Shown piece after piece: positions 42,135-51,361 of a stretch of 64,000 bases of DNA (the stretch's first letter is position 1; every line of letters begins with the position of its first letter). Below the pieces are notes generated by a model. It did no database searches and was not told the origin of the DNA. It was given only the letters and a program-made list of their open reading frames with translations. The position numbers and the translations under genes were made by a program. The stretch is from Eubacteriales bacterium (GTDB taxonomy: Bacteria > Bacillota > Clostridia > Lachnospirales > JAITVM01). The stretch lies in assembly GCA_031551135.1 (NCBI GenBank), contig JAVBOA010000006.1:17502-81501 (forward strand). Direction: 5' to 3'.

Positions 42135-42620
42135 CTATAAATCTAGTTTTTTTCTTGTTTGGTTTACAAGTCCGCCATATGACATGATTTCCTGCATAAA
42201 TTCAGGAAAAGGCTCAGCGTAATAAATTTCGTTTTTTGTTTTATTATTAATTTTTCCGGTAATAAAGTCAACTTCAATTTCGTCGCCGTTTTCGATTTTC
42301 TCTGCCGCTTCATCGGATTCCAAAATCGGAAGCCCGATACAAATCGCATTGCGGTAAAAAATCCGTGCATAAGTTTTTGCTATAACGCATTTAACTCCTG
42401 AAGATTTTATTGCAAAAGGCGCATGTTCTCTGGACGAGCCGCAGCCGAAATTCTTCAGTGCAACGATTATATCGCCCTCTTTTACGTTTTTTGCAAAATC
42501 CTTGTCGATATCTTCCATACAATGCGCCGCCATTTCTTTAGCGTCGGAAGAATTTAAATATCTAGCCGGAATTATAACATCTGTATCTATATCATCACCG
42601 TATTTGAAAACTCTACCCAT
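42135..42620 (-). CDS. leuD: 3-isopropylmalate dehydratase small subunit
   Basis: ATG 42620 after [29 protein letters not shown] and GCGSSREHA motifs. The 65-codon upstream extension overlaps leuC out of frame. Confidence 0.93.
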   Translation of the reverse strand: MGRVFKYGDDIDTDVIIPARYLNSSDAKEMAAHCMEDIDKDFAKNVKEGDIIVALKNFGCGSSREHAPFAIKSSGVKCVIAKTYARIFYRNAICIGLPILESDEAAEKIENGDEIEVDFITGKINNKTKNEIYYAEPFPEFMQEIMSYGGLVNQTRKKLDL

Positions 42621-42631
42621 AATTCTCCTCC

Positions 42632-43888
42632 TTAAACCAAATCGGGATCTGTTATTTTGCCCGTTATCGCCGAAGCCGCCGCCACAGCAGGAGAACATAA
42701 ATAAACTTCCGATTCGGGATGCCCCATTCTGCCGACAAAATTTCGGTTCGTCGTAGAAAGAGCACGCTCGCCTTTTGCCAAAATACCCATATATCCGCCC
42801 AAACAAGGGCCGCAAGTCGGCGTGCTGACAATCGCACCGGCTTTTATAAATTCCTCTATATAGCCTAATTTGAGGGCATCCAGATATACTTGCTGAGTTC
42901 CCGGAATTATAATTACACGCAAATCTTTAGCAACTTTTTTATCTTTCAATATTTCGTAAGTTATTTTTAAATCTTCCAATCTGCCGTTTGTGCAAGAGCC
43001 GATTACAACTTGATCGATTTTCACTTCGCCCGTTTCGTCGATAGTTTTTGTATTTTCCGGCAAATGCGGAAAAGCTATAGTCGGTCTTAATTTATCCAAA
43101 TCTATTTCAAATATTTCATCATATTCCGCATCTTCATCCGCTTTAAAAATTTCGAATTCCCGTTTTGCTCTGCCCTTTAAATATTCCAGACAAATATCGT
43201 CTACCTCGAAAATTCCGTTCTTGCCGCCGGCCTCGATAGCCATGTTCGCTATCGTAAATCTATCGTCCATGCTAAGGTTTTTAACGCCCTCGCCCACAAA
43301 TTCCATTGATTTATAAAGTGCACCATCAACGCCGATCATTCCGATTATATGCAAAATTATATCTTTTCCGGAAATCCATTTAGCTTTTTTGCCTTTTAAA
43401 ACGAATTTCAAAGCAGAAGGCACTTTAAACCAAGATACACCTCTAGCCATTCCGCAAGCCAAATCCGTGCTTCCGACACCTGTTGAAAACGCTCCGACAG
43501 CGCCGTATGTACAGGTATGCGAATCTGCACCGATTATTACATCGCCGGGAAGTGTAAGCCCTTTTTCGGGAAGCAGGCAATGCTCAATTCCCATTTCTCC
43601 GATTTCGAAATAATTTGTTAATTCCTGTGCCTTCGCAAATTCCCGCAATTGTTTTGCGTTTTCGGCAGATTTAATATCTTTGTTCGGGGTAAAATGGTCA
43701 GGCACAAGCGTAATTTTATCTTTATCAAAAACTTTCCCTATTCCGATTTTGTTAAATTCATTTATCGAAACCGGACCTGTTATATCATTTGCCAAAAGTA
43801 AATCCAGTTTTGCTTCGATAAGCTGACCGGCTTTTACCGAATCGAGTCCGGCGGCTTTGGCCAAAATTTTTTGGGTCATTGTCATCAT
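42632..43888 (-). CDS. leuC: 3-isopropylmalate dehydratase large subunit
   Basis: ATG 43888 after GGAGG-N8. Aconitase-family motifs [16 protein letters not shown] and CGPCLG. Confidence 0.93.
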   Translation of the reverse strand: MMTMTQKILAKAAGLDSVKAGQLIEAKLDLLLANDITGPVSINEFNKIGIGKVFDKDKITLVPDHFTPNKDIKSAENAKQLREFAKAQELTNYFEIGEMGIEHCLLPEKGLTLPGDVIIGADSHTCTYGAVGAFSTGVGSTDLACGMARGVSWFKVPSALKFVLKGKKAKWISGKDIILHIIGMIGVDGALYKSMEFVGEGVKNLSMDDRFTIANMAIEAGGKNGIFEVDDICLEYLKGRAKREFEIFKADEDAEYDEIFEIDLDKLRPTIAFPHLPENTKTIDETGEVKIDQVVIGSCTNGRLEDLKITYEILKDKKVAKDLRVIIIPGTQQVYLDALKLGYIEEFIKAGAIVSTPTCGPCLGGYMGILAKGERALSTTNRNFVGRMGHPESEVYLCSPAVAAASAITGKITDPDLV

Positions 43889-43960
43889 AAAAATTTCCTC
43901 CATAAAGCAAATGCGACCTGCTGGCCGCATTTATATAAAATAAATTTTTTACTGCTCTAT

Positions 43961-44953
43961 TTATTTTTTAAGCCAACTCATCATTTTTCTTAATTCTTTG
44001 CCGACAACTTCGATTTGATGCTCGGATTCAAGTCTTCTTCTGGCATTAAAATTTGTACGGTTTACTTGATTTTCAAGAATCCATTTTTTCGCAAATGTAC
44101 CTTCTTGGATTTCTCTTAAAACTTTGCGCATTTCATTTTTTGTATCTTCGGTAATAATTCTTCTGCCTACTTCGTAATCGCCGTATTCGGCAGTATCAGA
44201 AATAGAATATCTCATATATGATAATCCGCCTTGATTTACAAGGTCGATAATCAATTTCATTTCGTGCATACATTCAAAATATGCGGATTCCGGCTGGTAT
44301 CCTGCCTCTACTAAAACTTCGAAACCGGCTTTCATAAGCTCGGAAACGCCGCCGCAAAGAACAGCTTGCTCGCCGAAAAGGTCAGTTTCGGTTTCTTCTT
44401 TGAATGTTGTTTCCAAAACACCGGCACGTGCGCCGCCGATACCTGCCGCATACGCAAGCCCGACATCTTTTGTGTTTTCGGAATAATCTTGATAAACCGC
44501 AACTAAACAAGGTACGCCGCGCCCCTCTTGATATTGGGATCTAACGGTATGTCCCGGTCCTTTTGGAGCTATCATAAATACGTTTACATTTGGAGGAGGC
44601 ACTATTTGACCAAAATGAATATTAAAACCATGCGCGAACGCTAAGTATTTGCCCTCTGTAAGGTTTGGCTCAATGCTTTCTTTATAAAGCTTTGCTTGTT
44701 TTTCATCGTTTATGAGAATCATGATAATATCGGCTTTTTTAGCGGCATTAAAGGCAGTATCAACTTTGAGCCCGGCTTCTTCCGCCAATTTCCAAGATTT
44801 GCTTCCTTCATATAATCCAACTATAACTTCTACGCCGGATTCGTGAAGATTAAGCGCATGTGCGTGGCCTTGAGAGCCGTATCCGATAATCGCAACTACT
44901 TTGTTTTTCAATAATCCTAAATTACAATCTTCCTGATAAAATAATTTTGCCAT
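43961..44953 (-). CDS. ilvC: Ketol-acid reductoisomerase
   Basis: [21 protein letters not shown] and [17 protein letters not shown] motifs. Confidence 0.96.
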   Translation of the reverse strand: MAKLFYQEDCNLGLLKNKVVAIIGYGSQGHAHALNLHESGVEVIVGLYEGSKSWKLAEEAGLKVDTAFNAAKKADIIMILINDEKQAKLYKESIEPNLTEGKYLAFAHGFNIHFGQIVPPPNVNVFMIAPKGPGHTVRSQYQEGRGVPCLVAVYQDYSENTKDVGLAYAAGIGGARAGVLETTFKEETETDLFGEQAVLCGGVSELMKAGFEVLVEAGYQPESAYFECMHEMKLIIDLVNQGGLSYMRYSISDTAEYGDYEVGRRIITEDTKNEMRKVLREIQEGTFAKKWILENQVNRTNFNARRRLESEHQIEVVGKELRKMMSWLKK

Positions 44954-44958
44954 AAAAA

Positions 44959-45471
44959 TTATTCCTCCAAATTATTATATTCTTTTATTAAATTTGTTCC
45001 GCGCTGAAGTCCGGTAATTCCCGTTCTTACAAGTTCTTTAATGCCATACGGCTCCATAAGCTCTGTAAACGCAGATATTTTTGATTGATCGCCGGTCATC
45101 TCCACCGTCAGAGTTTCTGATGAAACATCGATAATATTAGCTCTGAAAATATCAACAATTCCTGCGATTTCCGGGCGTGTTTTAGAATTCGCGGAGACTT
45201 TTATCAGCGCAATCTCTCTGAAAATAGCTTCATCCGGTAAAAGTTCAATCACTTTTACAGTATCGACCAATTTATCGACTTGTTTAGAAATCTGGTCAAC
45301 AATACGGTCGTCACCTGTTGTCGCTATAGTAATTCGAGAAACTTTTGGGTCTTCGGTGGTTCCCACGCTTAGGCTGTCTATATTAAACCCTCTTCGAGAA
45401 AAAAGCCCGGTGACTCTGCTTAAAACCCCCGAATGGTTTTCAACTAAAATCGAAAGCACATGCCTTTTCAT
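44959..45471 (-). CDS. ilvN: Acetolactate synthase small (regulatory) subunit
   Basis: 170 aa ACT-domain protein. [31 protein letters not shown]. Confidence 0.92.
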   Translation of the reverse strand: MKRHVLSILVENHSGVLSRVTGLFSRRGFNIDSLSVGTTEDPKVSRITIATTGDDRIVDQISKQVDKLVDTVKVIELLPDEAIFREIALIKVSANSKTRPEIAGIVDIFRANIIDVSSETLTVEMTGDQSKISAFTELMEPYGIKELVRTGITGLQRGTNLIKEYNNLEE

Positions 45472-45493
45472 AATTCACCTTCCTGAAGTTATT

Positions 45494-45536
45494 TGAAAAA
45501 AAACCTCGCTTAGCCAAAGCTAAAAACGAGGTTTTT
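45494..45536 (-). terminator. Leader terminator (attenuator) about 20 nt upstream of the ilvN RBS
   Basis: Minus strand reads AAACCTCG-TTTTTAGCTTTGGCTAAG-CGAGGTTT followed by a U-run. There is no room for a promoter between it and the RBS. Confidence 0.65.
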
Positions 45537-45564
45537 GACCAGCAATTTAAGAAATATTGAACAA

Positions 45565-45593
45565 ATTTTATCAAAATACGCTCACTATGTCAA
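45565..45593 (-). promoter_or_regulatory. Sigma-A type promoter for the ilv-leu operon, overlapped by a CodY-box-like sequence
   Basis: Minus strand reads TTGACA (45593..45588) - 17 nt - TAAAAT (45570..45565). AATTTTATCAAAATA at 45564..45578 matches 12/15 of the CodY consensus AATTTTCWGAAAATT. Confidence 0.55.
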
Positions 45594-45670
45594 CATAAAG
45601 CAAGAAAATTTAAACAAAAATACACTATATTATACATAATGTCTAATCGTTAAAAAAGCATTTTTGTCAA

Positions 45671-46435
45671 TTAATGTTTACGCATATGGTTTAAATTTCC
45701 GTTATTTTTTATTTTCAGAATTTCCGCCATAACAGAAATTGCAATTTCTCCGGGCGTTCCGTCCGATATATCGATTCCTATCGGCGCATAAATTTGAGCA
45801 ATCGTTTCTTCAGATACTCCTTCGGATTTCAACCGCTCAAGCAAAGTCTTTACTTTTGTTTTTGAACCAATCATCCCTAAATAAGCGTATTTTTTGTTTA
45901 TGCAATGTGACAAAGCGTCATAATCGTATTTATGCCCCGATGTGCAAATAATAATATAAGTGTTTTCATCAAATTCATATTTTTCCGGAATCTCAGAAAC
46001 ATAATTAGCTTTTTCGAATAATGGTTTAAACTCTTCGCGGCTGTCGACAACCGTAATATTAAAAGCAGTGTTTTTGGCAATGCTATAAATACTTTGGGAA
46101 ACATGTCCGCCGCCGAAAACTAATAATTTCTTGTCGTCGCCCAAAACAACGCCAAAGCCTTTTATGCCTCCGCCGCAAATCATTCCCTTTTCTTCCAGTT
46201 TGAAATCAAATTCGAAAGTCTTTTTGTTTTCCAGAATCGAATTTTTCGCTAATTGAATTATTAAATATTCTGTTGTTCCGCCGCCGACCGTTCCGCTGAT
46301 ATTTCCGTTTTTATCAACAGCGATAACTTGTCCGGGCGTTCCGGGTGCGCCTGATGCTTTATCCGTGATTGTTACAAACGCAACCTTTTGCCCTGATTTT
46401 ATTCTTTCCTCAATAAATTTTAAAGTTTTAAGCAT
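45671..46435 (-). CDS. xdhC: XdhC/CoxI-family molybdenum hydroxylase maturation protein
   Basis: N-terminal XdhC_CoxI-like region, then a Rossmann-like LLVFGGGHVSQSIYSIAK segment. Confidence 0.8.
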   Translation of the reverse strand: MLKTLKFIEERIKSGQKVAFVTITDKASGAPGTPGQVIAVDKNGNISGTVGGGTTEYLIIQLAKNSILENKKTFEFDFKLEEKGMICGGGIKGFGVVLGDDKKLLVFGGGHVSQSIYSIAKNTAFNITVVDSREEFKPLFEKANYVSEIPEKYEFDENTYIIICTSGHKYDYDALSHCINKKYAYLGMIGSKTKVKTLLERLKSEGVSEETIAQIYAPIGIDISDGTPGEIAISVMAEILKIKNNGNLNHMRKH

Positions 46436-46439
46436 ATTC

Positions 46440-47240
46440 TCACCTATCCAATTTTCTGCGCAAATATAAATACGCTTCCAAAGCCGAGCCGCCTAAACAT
46501 CTCGCCTTATCCGAAATTGTATTCCAATCAACATCTTTTCGAGGGTCAACGTCCGCAACTTTTAAGCCTTTTTTCACGTATAAATTTTCGCTGATCAATC
46601 CTCGTAAAAGTCCGTCGAGCGGCGAAATTACTTCCGTATCTCCGACATAAAATAAAATTTCGCCTTTTGCTACGATATCGCCGATTTTTTTAACATGCCG
46701 AACGATTCCCGAATTCGGCGAATGTACGACTCTCTCTGCGGATTTTCCTGCAATATCACCGGGAATATTTGTATTCGGAAATGCCGCGCCGCTGAAAATC
46801 AAACGCCCTAAATCATGACCTCGCATAGATTCTATCACTATGTCGACATCTTGTCCGGCAACAAATCCCGGCCCTATTGCGATTGTTATTCCTGCCATAG
46901 ATTTATTTGTTCCTAAATTTTTTTTTGCTATGATTGCGTCAACAACCGCTGCCGGTTTCAATTCTTCAATGGATTTTCCGCTTTCATCAACGTAAATCGG
47001 AACTAAGTTTTGATTAAAACAATTATCAATTTCCGAAATGTCAGAAATTTTTACGGCTTCCAAATCTTCAACTTTGGCTTTATTTTCAAAAACCGCACTA
47101 GATAAAGCGACAGTCCGGCGGATTGTTGTAGGCCGCTCTGTTTCCAGAACCAATATTTTAAGCCCTGCTCTAAAAAATTTTTGTATAACACCCGTTGCCA
47201 AATCGCCGCCGCCGCGAATTATAATTAAATCTTTATTCAT
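46440..47240 (-). CDS. yqeB: Selenium-dependent molybdenum hydroxylase system protein, YqeB family
   Basis: ATG 47240 after AGAGGTGA. IIIRGGGDLATGV ... ERPTTIRRTVALSSAVF matches my recollection of the YqeB/EF2563 family. Confidence 0.75.
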   Translation of the reverse strand: MNKDLIIIRGGGDLATGVIQKFFRAGLKILVLETERPTTIRRTVALSSAVFENKAKVEDLEAVKISDISEIDNCFNQNLVPIYVDESGKSIEELKPAAVVDAIIAKKNLGTNKSMAGITIAIGPGFVAGQDVDIVIESMRGHDLGRLIFSGAAFPNTNIPGDIAGKSAERVVHSPNSGIVRHVKKIGDIVAKGEILFYVGDTEVISPLDGLLRGLISENLYVKKGLKVADVDPRKDVDWNTISDKARCLGGSALEAYLYLRRKLDR

Positions 47241-47970
47241 AGTCACCTCTATATAATTCAATCCATTTTTTTTGTTTCGCACTTCCGGATAAAATTAAAT
47301 CTATTTTAATTCCGTCGTCCAAAATATATTTCTTTAATTTTTGGGCATTATTAAATTCTTCCAATTCTTCAATTTGATTGATTATCAAAATTCGTTTTCC
47401 GACGCTGTTTTTAAACATTCCGAAATCGCCGCTCACCATTTTGGAAATATCCTTAATACTGACTTTTGAATTTAAATCCGCACATGTATTTTTTATAAAA
47501 TAATTCACACGGTGAACATTTTCCTCCGAAACCGTTTCTCCCAGACCATTTAAAGTGATAACGCCGATTGTGTGCGTTGTGTTTTTATAAATAACCGGTT
47601 CGTACTCATTCCAGCCTTTCAGCGGAAGCCCTTTCGAGCCGTCGGCCTCGATAAGCGAAATATCATAGCGCTGAATTATCTTATCCAATGTATGAAACGA
47701 AAGGGATTTTAGTTTTCGGGGATTTTCATCCTGATTCCCAAGAATATTTACTCCTCTGTGTTCTATGTATTCAAAAGCATTGCGGTCACCTAAAATTAAA
47801 TCAATATCAGTCGGCTTAAAAATTTTTGTGGATGTTGTCAATAATACTTTTTTATGCAAATTTTCTTCAGCAATCAAAAACATAATGCTGGTTTTCCCGC
47901 CTGCTCCAACAATGGATAATACAGCTTTTTCACGTATATTCAAAATTTTACTTAAACTTGTATTGTACAT
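47233..47970 (-). CDS. yqeC: Putative selenium cofactor biosynthesis protein YqeC
   Basis: P-loop-like VLSIVGAGGKTSIMFLIAEE and EADGSKGLPLKGWNEYEPV. Overlaps yqeB by 8 nt. Confidence 0.75.
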   Translation of the reverse strand: MYNTSLSKILNIREKAVLSIVGAGGKTSIMFLIAEENLHKKVLLTTSTKIFKPTDIDLILGDRNAFEYIEHRGVNILGNQDENPRKLKSLSFHTLDKIIQRYDISLIEADGSKGLPLKGWNEYEPVIYKNTTHTIGVITLNGLGETVSEENVHRVNYFIKNTCADLNSKVSIKDISKMVSGDFGMFKNSVGKRILIINQIEELEEFNNAQKLKKYILDDGIKIDLILSGSAKQKKWIELYRGDYE

Positions 47971-48121
47971 TAGTCAACCGCTTTCATTTGTATTAACATT
48001 CTACTATACTATACTAAATATTAAATTCTATTTCGAGTCAAAAATCAAGTAAATTTTGTAATTTCAGTGCAGGCAGACACAAGGTCTGCCCATAATTTAT
48101 AGTATTTCTATATTATATTTA

Positions 48122-49294
48122 TTATTTTCTTGCAACATTGGTTTTTATTGCCGCTTCGGAAACTTTTTTTGCTACGCAAATACAAACATCTTTATTAAAC
48201 GGACTCGGAATAATATAATCTTCTTTTAATTCGCTTTCGTCAATCATTTCCGCTAGGCCTATGGCCGCGGCGATTTTCATTTCATTATTAATATCAGAAG
48301 CCCGTACATCCAAAGCACCTCTAAACACTCCCGGAAAAGCCAAGACATTATTGATTTGGTTAGGAAAATCCGAGCGTCCTGTCCCTACGATTCTTGCACC
48401 GCCCTCAAAAGCTAAATCCGGCATAATTTCCGGCACCGGATTCGACATTGCAAAAACTATCGCATCTTTGTTCATGGATTCTATCATTTCTTTTGTAACA
48501 ATTCCCGGCCCCGAAACCCCTATAAAAATATCACTGTTTTTAAGAATTTCGGCAAGCGAACCGCTTTCGTTGTTGGGATTTGTAATTTCTGCTATATTTT
48601 TGTAAACAGCATTATCGTATTCAACACCGCGGACTAAAGCACCTTTTCTGTCGTAAACAATAATATTTTTATAGCCGAAATCCAAAAGCAATTTCGAAAT
48701 CGCAGAACCGGCAGAACCGGCACCGGAGATTATCACTTTAACCTTTTCGGGCTGTTTTTTAACGATTTTCATTGCATTAATCAAAGCCGCCAAAGTTACG
48801 ATAGCCGTACCGTGTTGGTCGTCATGAAAAATCGGAATATCACATTCTTCTTTTAAACGTTTTTCTATTTCAATGCATCTCGGAGAAGAAATATCTTCAA
48901 GATTTATACCGCCGAAGCTTTTTGAAATAAGCTTAATTGTATTTACAATTTCGTCCGTATCTTTCGAATCAATACAAATCGGGAAAGCATCAACATCGCC
49001 AAATTCTTTAAAAAGAACGCACTTTCCTTCCATCACAGGCATTCCGGCTTCCGGTCCGATATCTCCAAGCCCTAGCACAGCCGTTCCGTCGGTAATTACC
49101 GCCACAAGATTCGAACGCCTTGTATATACATAAGATAAATCAGTATCTTTTTGAATCTCCAAACAAGGCTCTGCAACGCCCGGGGTATACGCAATCGATA
49201 ATTCTTCAGCGTTTTCAACTTTTGCCCTGCTTTTTATTTCTAATTTTCCTTTCCAGTCTTTATGCGCTTTAAGTGCTTTTTCTGAAAAATTCAT
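48122..49294 (-). CDS. NAD(P)-dependent malic enzyme (short form)
   Basis: ATG 49294 after GGAGG-N8. YTPGVAEPC, GLGDIGPEAGMPVMEGK, FGGINLEDI and FHDDQHGTAIV motifs. Confidence 0.92.
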   Translation of the reverse strand: MNFSEKALKAHKDWKGKLEIKSRAKVENAEELSIAYTPGVAEPCLEIQKDTDLSYVYTRRSNLVAVITDGTAVLGLGDIGPEAGMPVMEGKCVLFKEFGDVDAFPICIDSKDTDEIVNTIKLISKSFGGINLEDISSPRCIEIEKRLKEECDIPIFHDDQHGTAIVTLAALINAMKIVKKQPEKVKVIISGAGSAGSAISKLLLDFGYKNIIVYDRKGALVRGVEYDNAVYKNIAEITNPNNESGSLAEILKNSDIFIGVSGPGIVTKEMIESMNKDAIVFAMSNPVPEIMPDLAFEGGARIVGTGRSDFPNQINNVLAFPGVFRGALDVRASDINNEMKIAAAIGLAEMIDESELKEDYIIPSPFNKDVCICVAKKVSEAAIKTNVARK

Positions 49295-49311
49295 TAATTT
49301 GTCCTCCAATT

Positions 49312-49425
49312 AATACTATTTTCATTTTGATAGTAGAAAAAAATTTTTCACAGCGGAGCGTTTCGCGCAATGTTTCTAGCGCGAAGTGAAGTATTTTTTC
49401 TATTCTTTATATTGAAAATAGTATA
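49312..49425. repeat. Family-1 element, full copy 4
   Basis: AATACTATTTTCATTTTGATAGTAGAAAAAAATTTTTCACAGCGGAGCGTTTCGCGCAATGTTTCTAGCGCGAAGTGAAGTATTTTTTCTATTCTTTATATTGAAAATAGTAT. Begins 18 nt upstream of the malic-enzyme ATG, abutting its RBS. Confidence 0.9.
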
Positions 49426-49473
49426 ATAATCATACTATATCCATTTTTATTTATATAAACGATAAAGTCAAGA

Positions 49474-49517
49474 AAAATAAAAAAATGCAAAGATTTGGAT
49501 TTACCATTTCTTTGCAT
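49474..49517 (-). terminator. Rho-independent terminator after the 51-aa ORF
   Basis: ATGCAAAGA (49485..49493) / TCTTTGCAT (49509..49517), followed on the minus strand by a long U-rich run. Confidence 0.6.
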
Positions 49518-49518
49518 A

Positions 49519-49560
49519 TAATACTATTTTCATTTTGATAAGTAGAAAAAAATATTTCTA
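49519..49560. repeat. Truncated family-1 element (one arm only)
   Basis: TAATACTATTTTCATTTTGATAAGTAGAAAAAAATATTTCTA matches the left arm and stops before the GC-rich core. It sits between a stop codon and its terminator. Confidence 0.65.
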
Positions 49561-49563
49561 TAA

Positions 49564-49719
49564 TTAATCAATTCTATTTGCTTTTTTGCTTGAATTTTTT
49601 GCTTTGCCCTGAATCTCCGGAACAGGTTCAACATCATTTTTTTCTATGTGAGTTTTATGATTGCTCTCTGTTCCATGAGGTTCTTTCGGGTCTGGTCTGC
49701 GCATTCCTGCTTTAGCCAT
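49564..49719 (-). CDS. Small basic hypothetical protein (51 aa), not in the ORF track
   Basis: GAGGTGATATT-ATG. MAKAGMRRPDPKEPHGTESNHKTHIEKNDVEPVPEIQGKAKNSSKKANRID, TAA stop, with its own terminator. Confidence 0.45.
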   Translation of the reverse strand: MAKAGMRRPDPKEPHGTESNHKTHIEKNDVEPVPEIQGKAKNSSKKANRID

Positions 49720-49764
49720 AATATCACCTCAAATATATTATGCTCAGTTTTTTTTTAAATTATG

Positions 49765-49850
49765 CTGACGACCTAAAACAAAGTTCACACCAATTCCTCC
49801 CAACTTACCTAACCGCGCGGAATGGGTGTAAAAATCTAGTCGTTCGTCAG
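49765..49850. repeat. Family-2 hairpin repeat, copy A
   Basis: CTGACGACCTAAAACAAAGTTCACACCAATTCC...GGAATGGGTGTAAAAATCTAGTCGTTCGTCAG. About 85% identical to the reverse complement of 63474..63552. Confidence 0.8.
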
Positions 49851-49854
49851 TATA

Positions 49855-51327
49855 TTATAAAATCAGCATTGCAAAAATCGAAACAGCTCCCGAAATAAGA
49901 ATGATAATTAAATCATTCAATTTTAAAAATTTATGTAAACAATAAACCGTAAATAGAATTCCGACAATTACTACTAAAGAAAGATAATTTGATATTCCCG
50001 CTGTTATAGAAATTTTTATCATTTCGGAAAGCATAGAAATCATTGTCGTTATTAGCATTCCGCAAATTACGGGCAAAATCCAAGTTTTAAGCGATATAAA
50101 AACCTTTATTTCGGAAAAAGCTTTATAAACTAATTCAACCAAAAAATATGAAATGCAGGAAAAGCCTATTCCTATAGTAAATCCTAATATCGCCAAAATA
50201 TACGCCGCTCCGATTGAATTTATTTTTCCGGCACCAAAAGAATATCCTATACAGGATAAAAGTTTGACCAAAATCGGCCCGGGCAGAGCATTTGTAATCG
50301 GCAGCATTTGGCTATAGAAAACATCAGAAGAAACAAAACCGCCGTCCACAAATAATCCGTGCGCTACGGTTAAATATGCTTCGCCACCGCCAAAAGAAGT
50401 AACTGTAGAGATTATGCCGAATTTCAAATAATCTATTATTTCACTGCCGAACAAAATGTAAGCGATTGCGGCAAAAATCAATATAGCGGCGAGAAAATAT
50501 GAACAAACTATGAGAGTGCCTTTAATATCAATTTTATTTGTACTTCTTTTTTCACTCTTTGCGTCTAAATATGTAAATACAACACAAAGCAAAAGCATTG
50601 TATACATAATAATATTTTTCATCAGCGGAAAACTAAAACCTGTTCCCTTTCCCGAAAGAAGCACAAAAAAGACCGAGATTATTACACAAAGCGAAATTCG
50701 TATATATTTTAAAATCGAGTTTTTGTATTTTGAAAAATCCCCGACTGTGAATATTATAAAAAACACTAACAGTAAAAGGTCGATTGTTGATATATCCAAA
50801 AATGCTTTTCCCAATGAATCCTGCGGAATATTTGCAAATATTTCATAAATTAACGCACGTATTTCTTTTCCGCATGTCAAAAAAGCTGAAGCCAGCATAA
50901 TTATAATTTTATAATTTCTTTCGGTTTTGGAAGTATTCAGAACTTTAAGAATATAATGTACAAGCAAAAAAATAATAAACGCAGAAATCCCGATTGAAGC
51001 ATATTCAATTAAAAGCAAGCCTTGTTTATCCATCGTCGCTATCAAAGATAAAAGAATTACCGAAATAAAAACTCCCGGAAATGCCAAGGTATAGGCGGAT
51101 AAGAGCGAAAACAAAGCTCCTGAATGTTCTTTTCCGATAGCGGCGCTTAATTTTACCGGTAAAGCACCCGGTGTAATATTTGCAATTATTGTTTCCTCTG
51201 TGTATTTTTCCGACGAAACAAAGTTTTTATCTATAACAGCCTCCTTTTCAATAACCGGAATCAGCGCACTGCCACCGCCAAAACCAATTAAACCGATTTT
51301 TAAAAATGTTTTAATTAATTCAAACAT
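49855..51327 (-). CDS. CHR-family (chromate-transporter-like) oxyanion transporter, two-domain form
   Basis: 490 aa polytopic protein. N-terminal FLKIGLIGFGGGSALIPVIEKE and a second FGGGEAYLTV ... LPGPI half, as in duplicated CHR domains. Confidence 0.75.
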   Translation of the reverse strand: MFELIKTFLKIGLIGFGGGSALIPVIEKEAVIDKNFVSSEKYTEETIIANITPGALPVKLSAAIGKEHSGALFSLLSAYTLAFPGVFISVILLSLIATMDKQGLLLIEYASIGISAFIIFLLVHYILKVLNTSKTERNYKIIIMLASAFLTCGKEIRALIYEIFANIPQDSLGKAFLDISTIDLLLLVFFIIFTVGDFSKYKNSILKYIRISLCVIISVFFVLLSGKGTGFSFPLMKNIIMYTMLLLCVVFTYLDAKSEKRSTNKIDIKGTLIVCSYFLAAILIFAAIAYILFGSEIIDYLKFGIISTVTSFGGGEAYLTVAHGLFVDGGFVSSDVFYSQMLPITNALPGPILVKLLSCIGYSFGAGKINSIGAAYILAILGFTIGIGFSCISYFLVELVYKAFSEIKVFISLKTWILPVICGMLITTMISMLSEMIKISITAGISNYLSLVVIVGILFTVYCLHKFLKLNDLIIILISGAVSIFAMLIL

Positions 51328-51361
51328 ATCTTTCTCCTATTTCAATTTTATAGCACTATAC

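Noticed and set aside
42621-42815. Long N-terminal extensions of leuD (and of leuC at 43889..43930, ilvD at 39983..40021 and the DUF3006-like ORF at 30051..30137)
   Set aside because: These extensions overlap the preceding gene out of frame and lack an RBS. The internal ATGs are preceded by AGGAGG-type sites and match the conserved N-termini.
45472-45670. T-box riboswitch upstream of the ilv-leu operon
   Set aside because: The region between the promoter and RBS is under 90 nt. It lacks a specifier-loop stem, AGAGA/GNUGGNA-type boxes and the conserved T-box sequence. Only a simple terminator hairpin is present.
45794-45806. Third copy of the TGAGCAATCG motif
   Set aside because: Only an 11-13-nt match, lying inside the xdhC coding sequence (EETIAQIY). 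This is consistent with chance.
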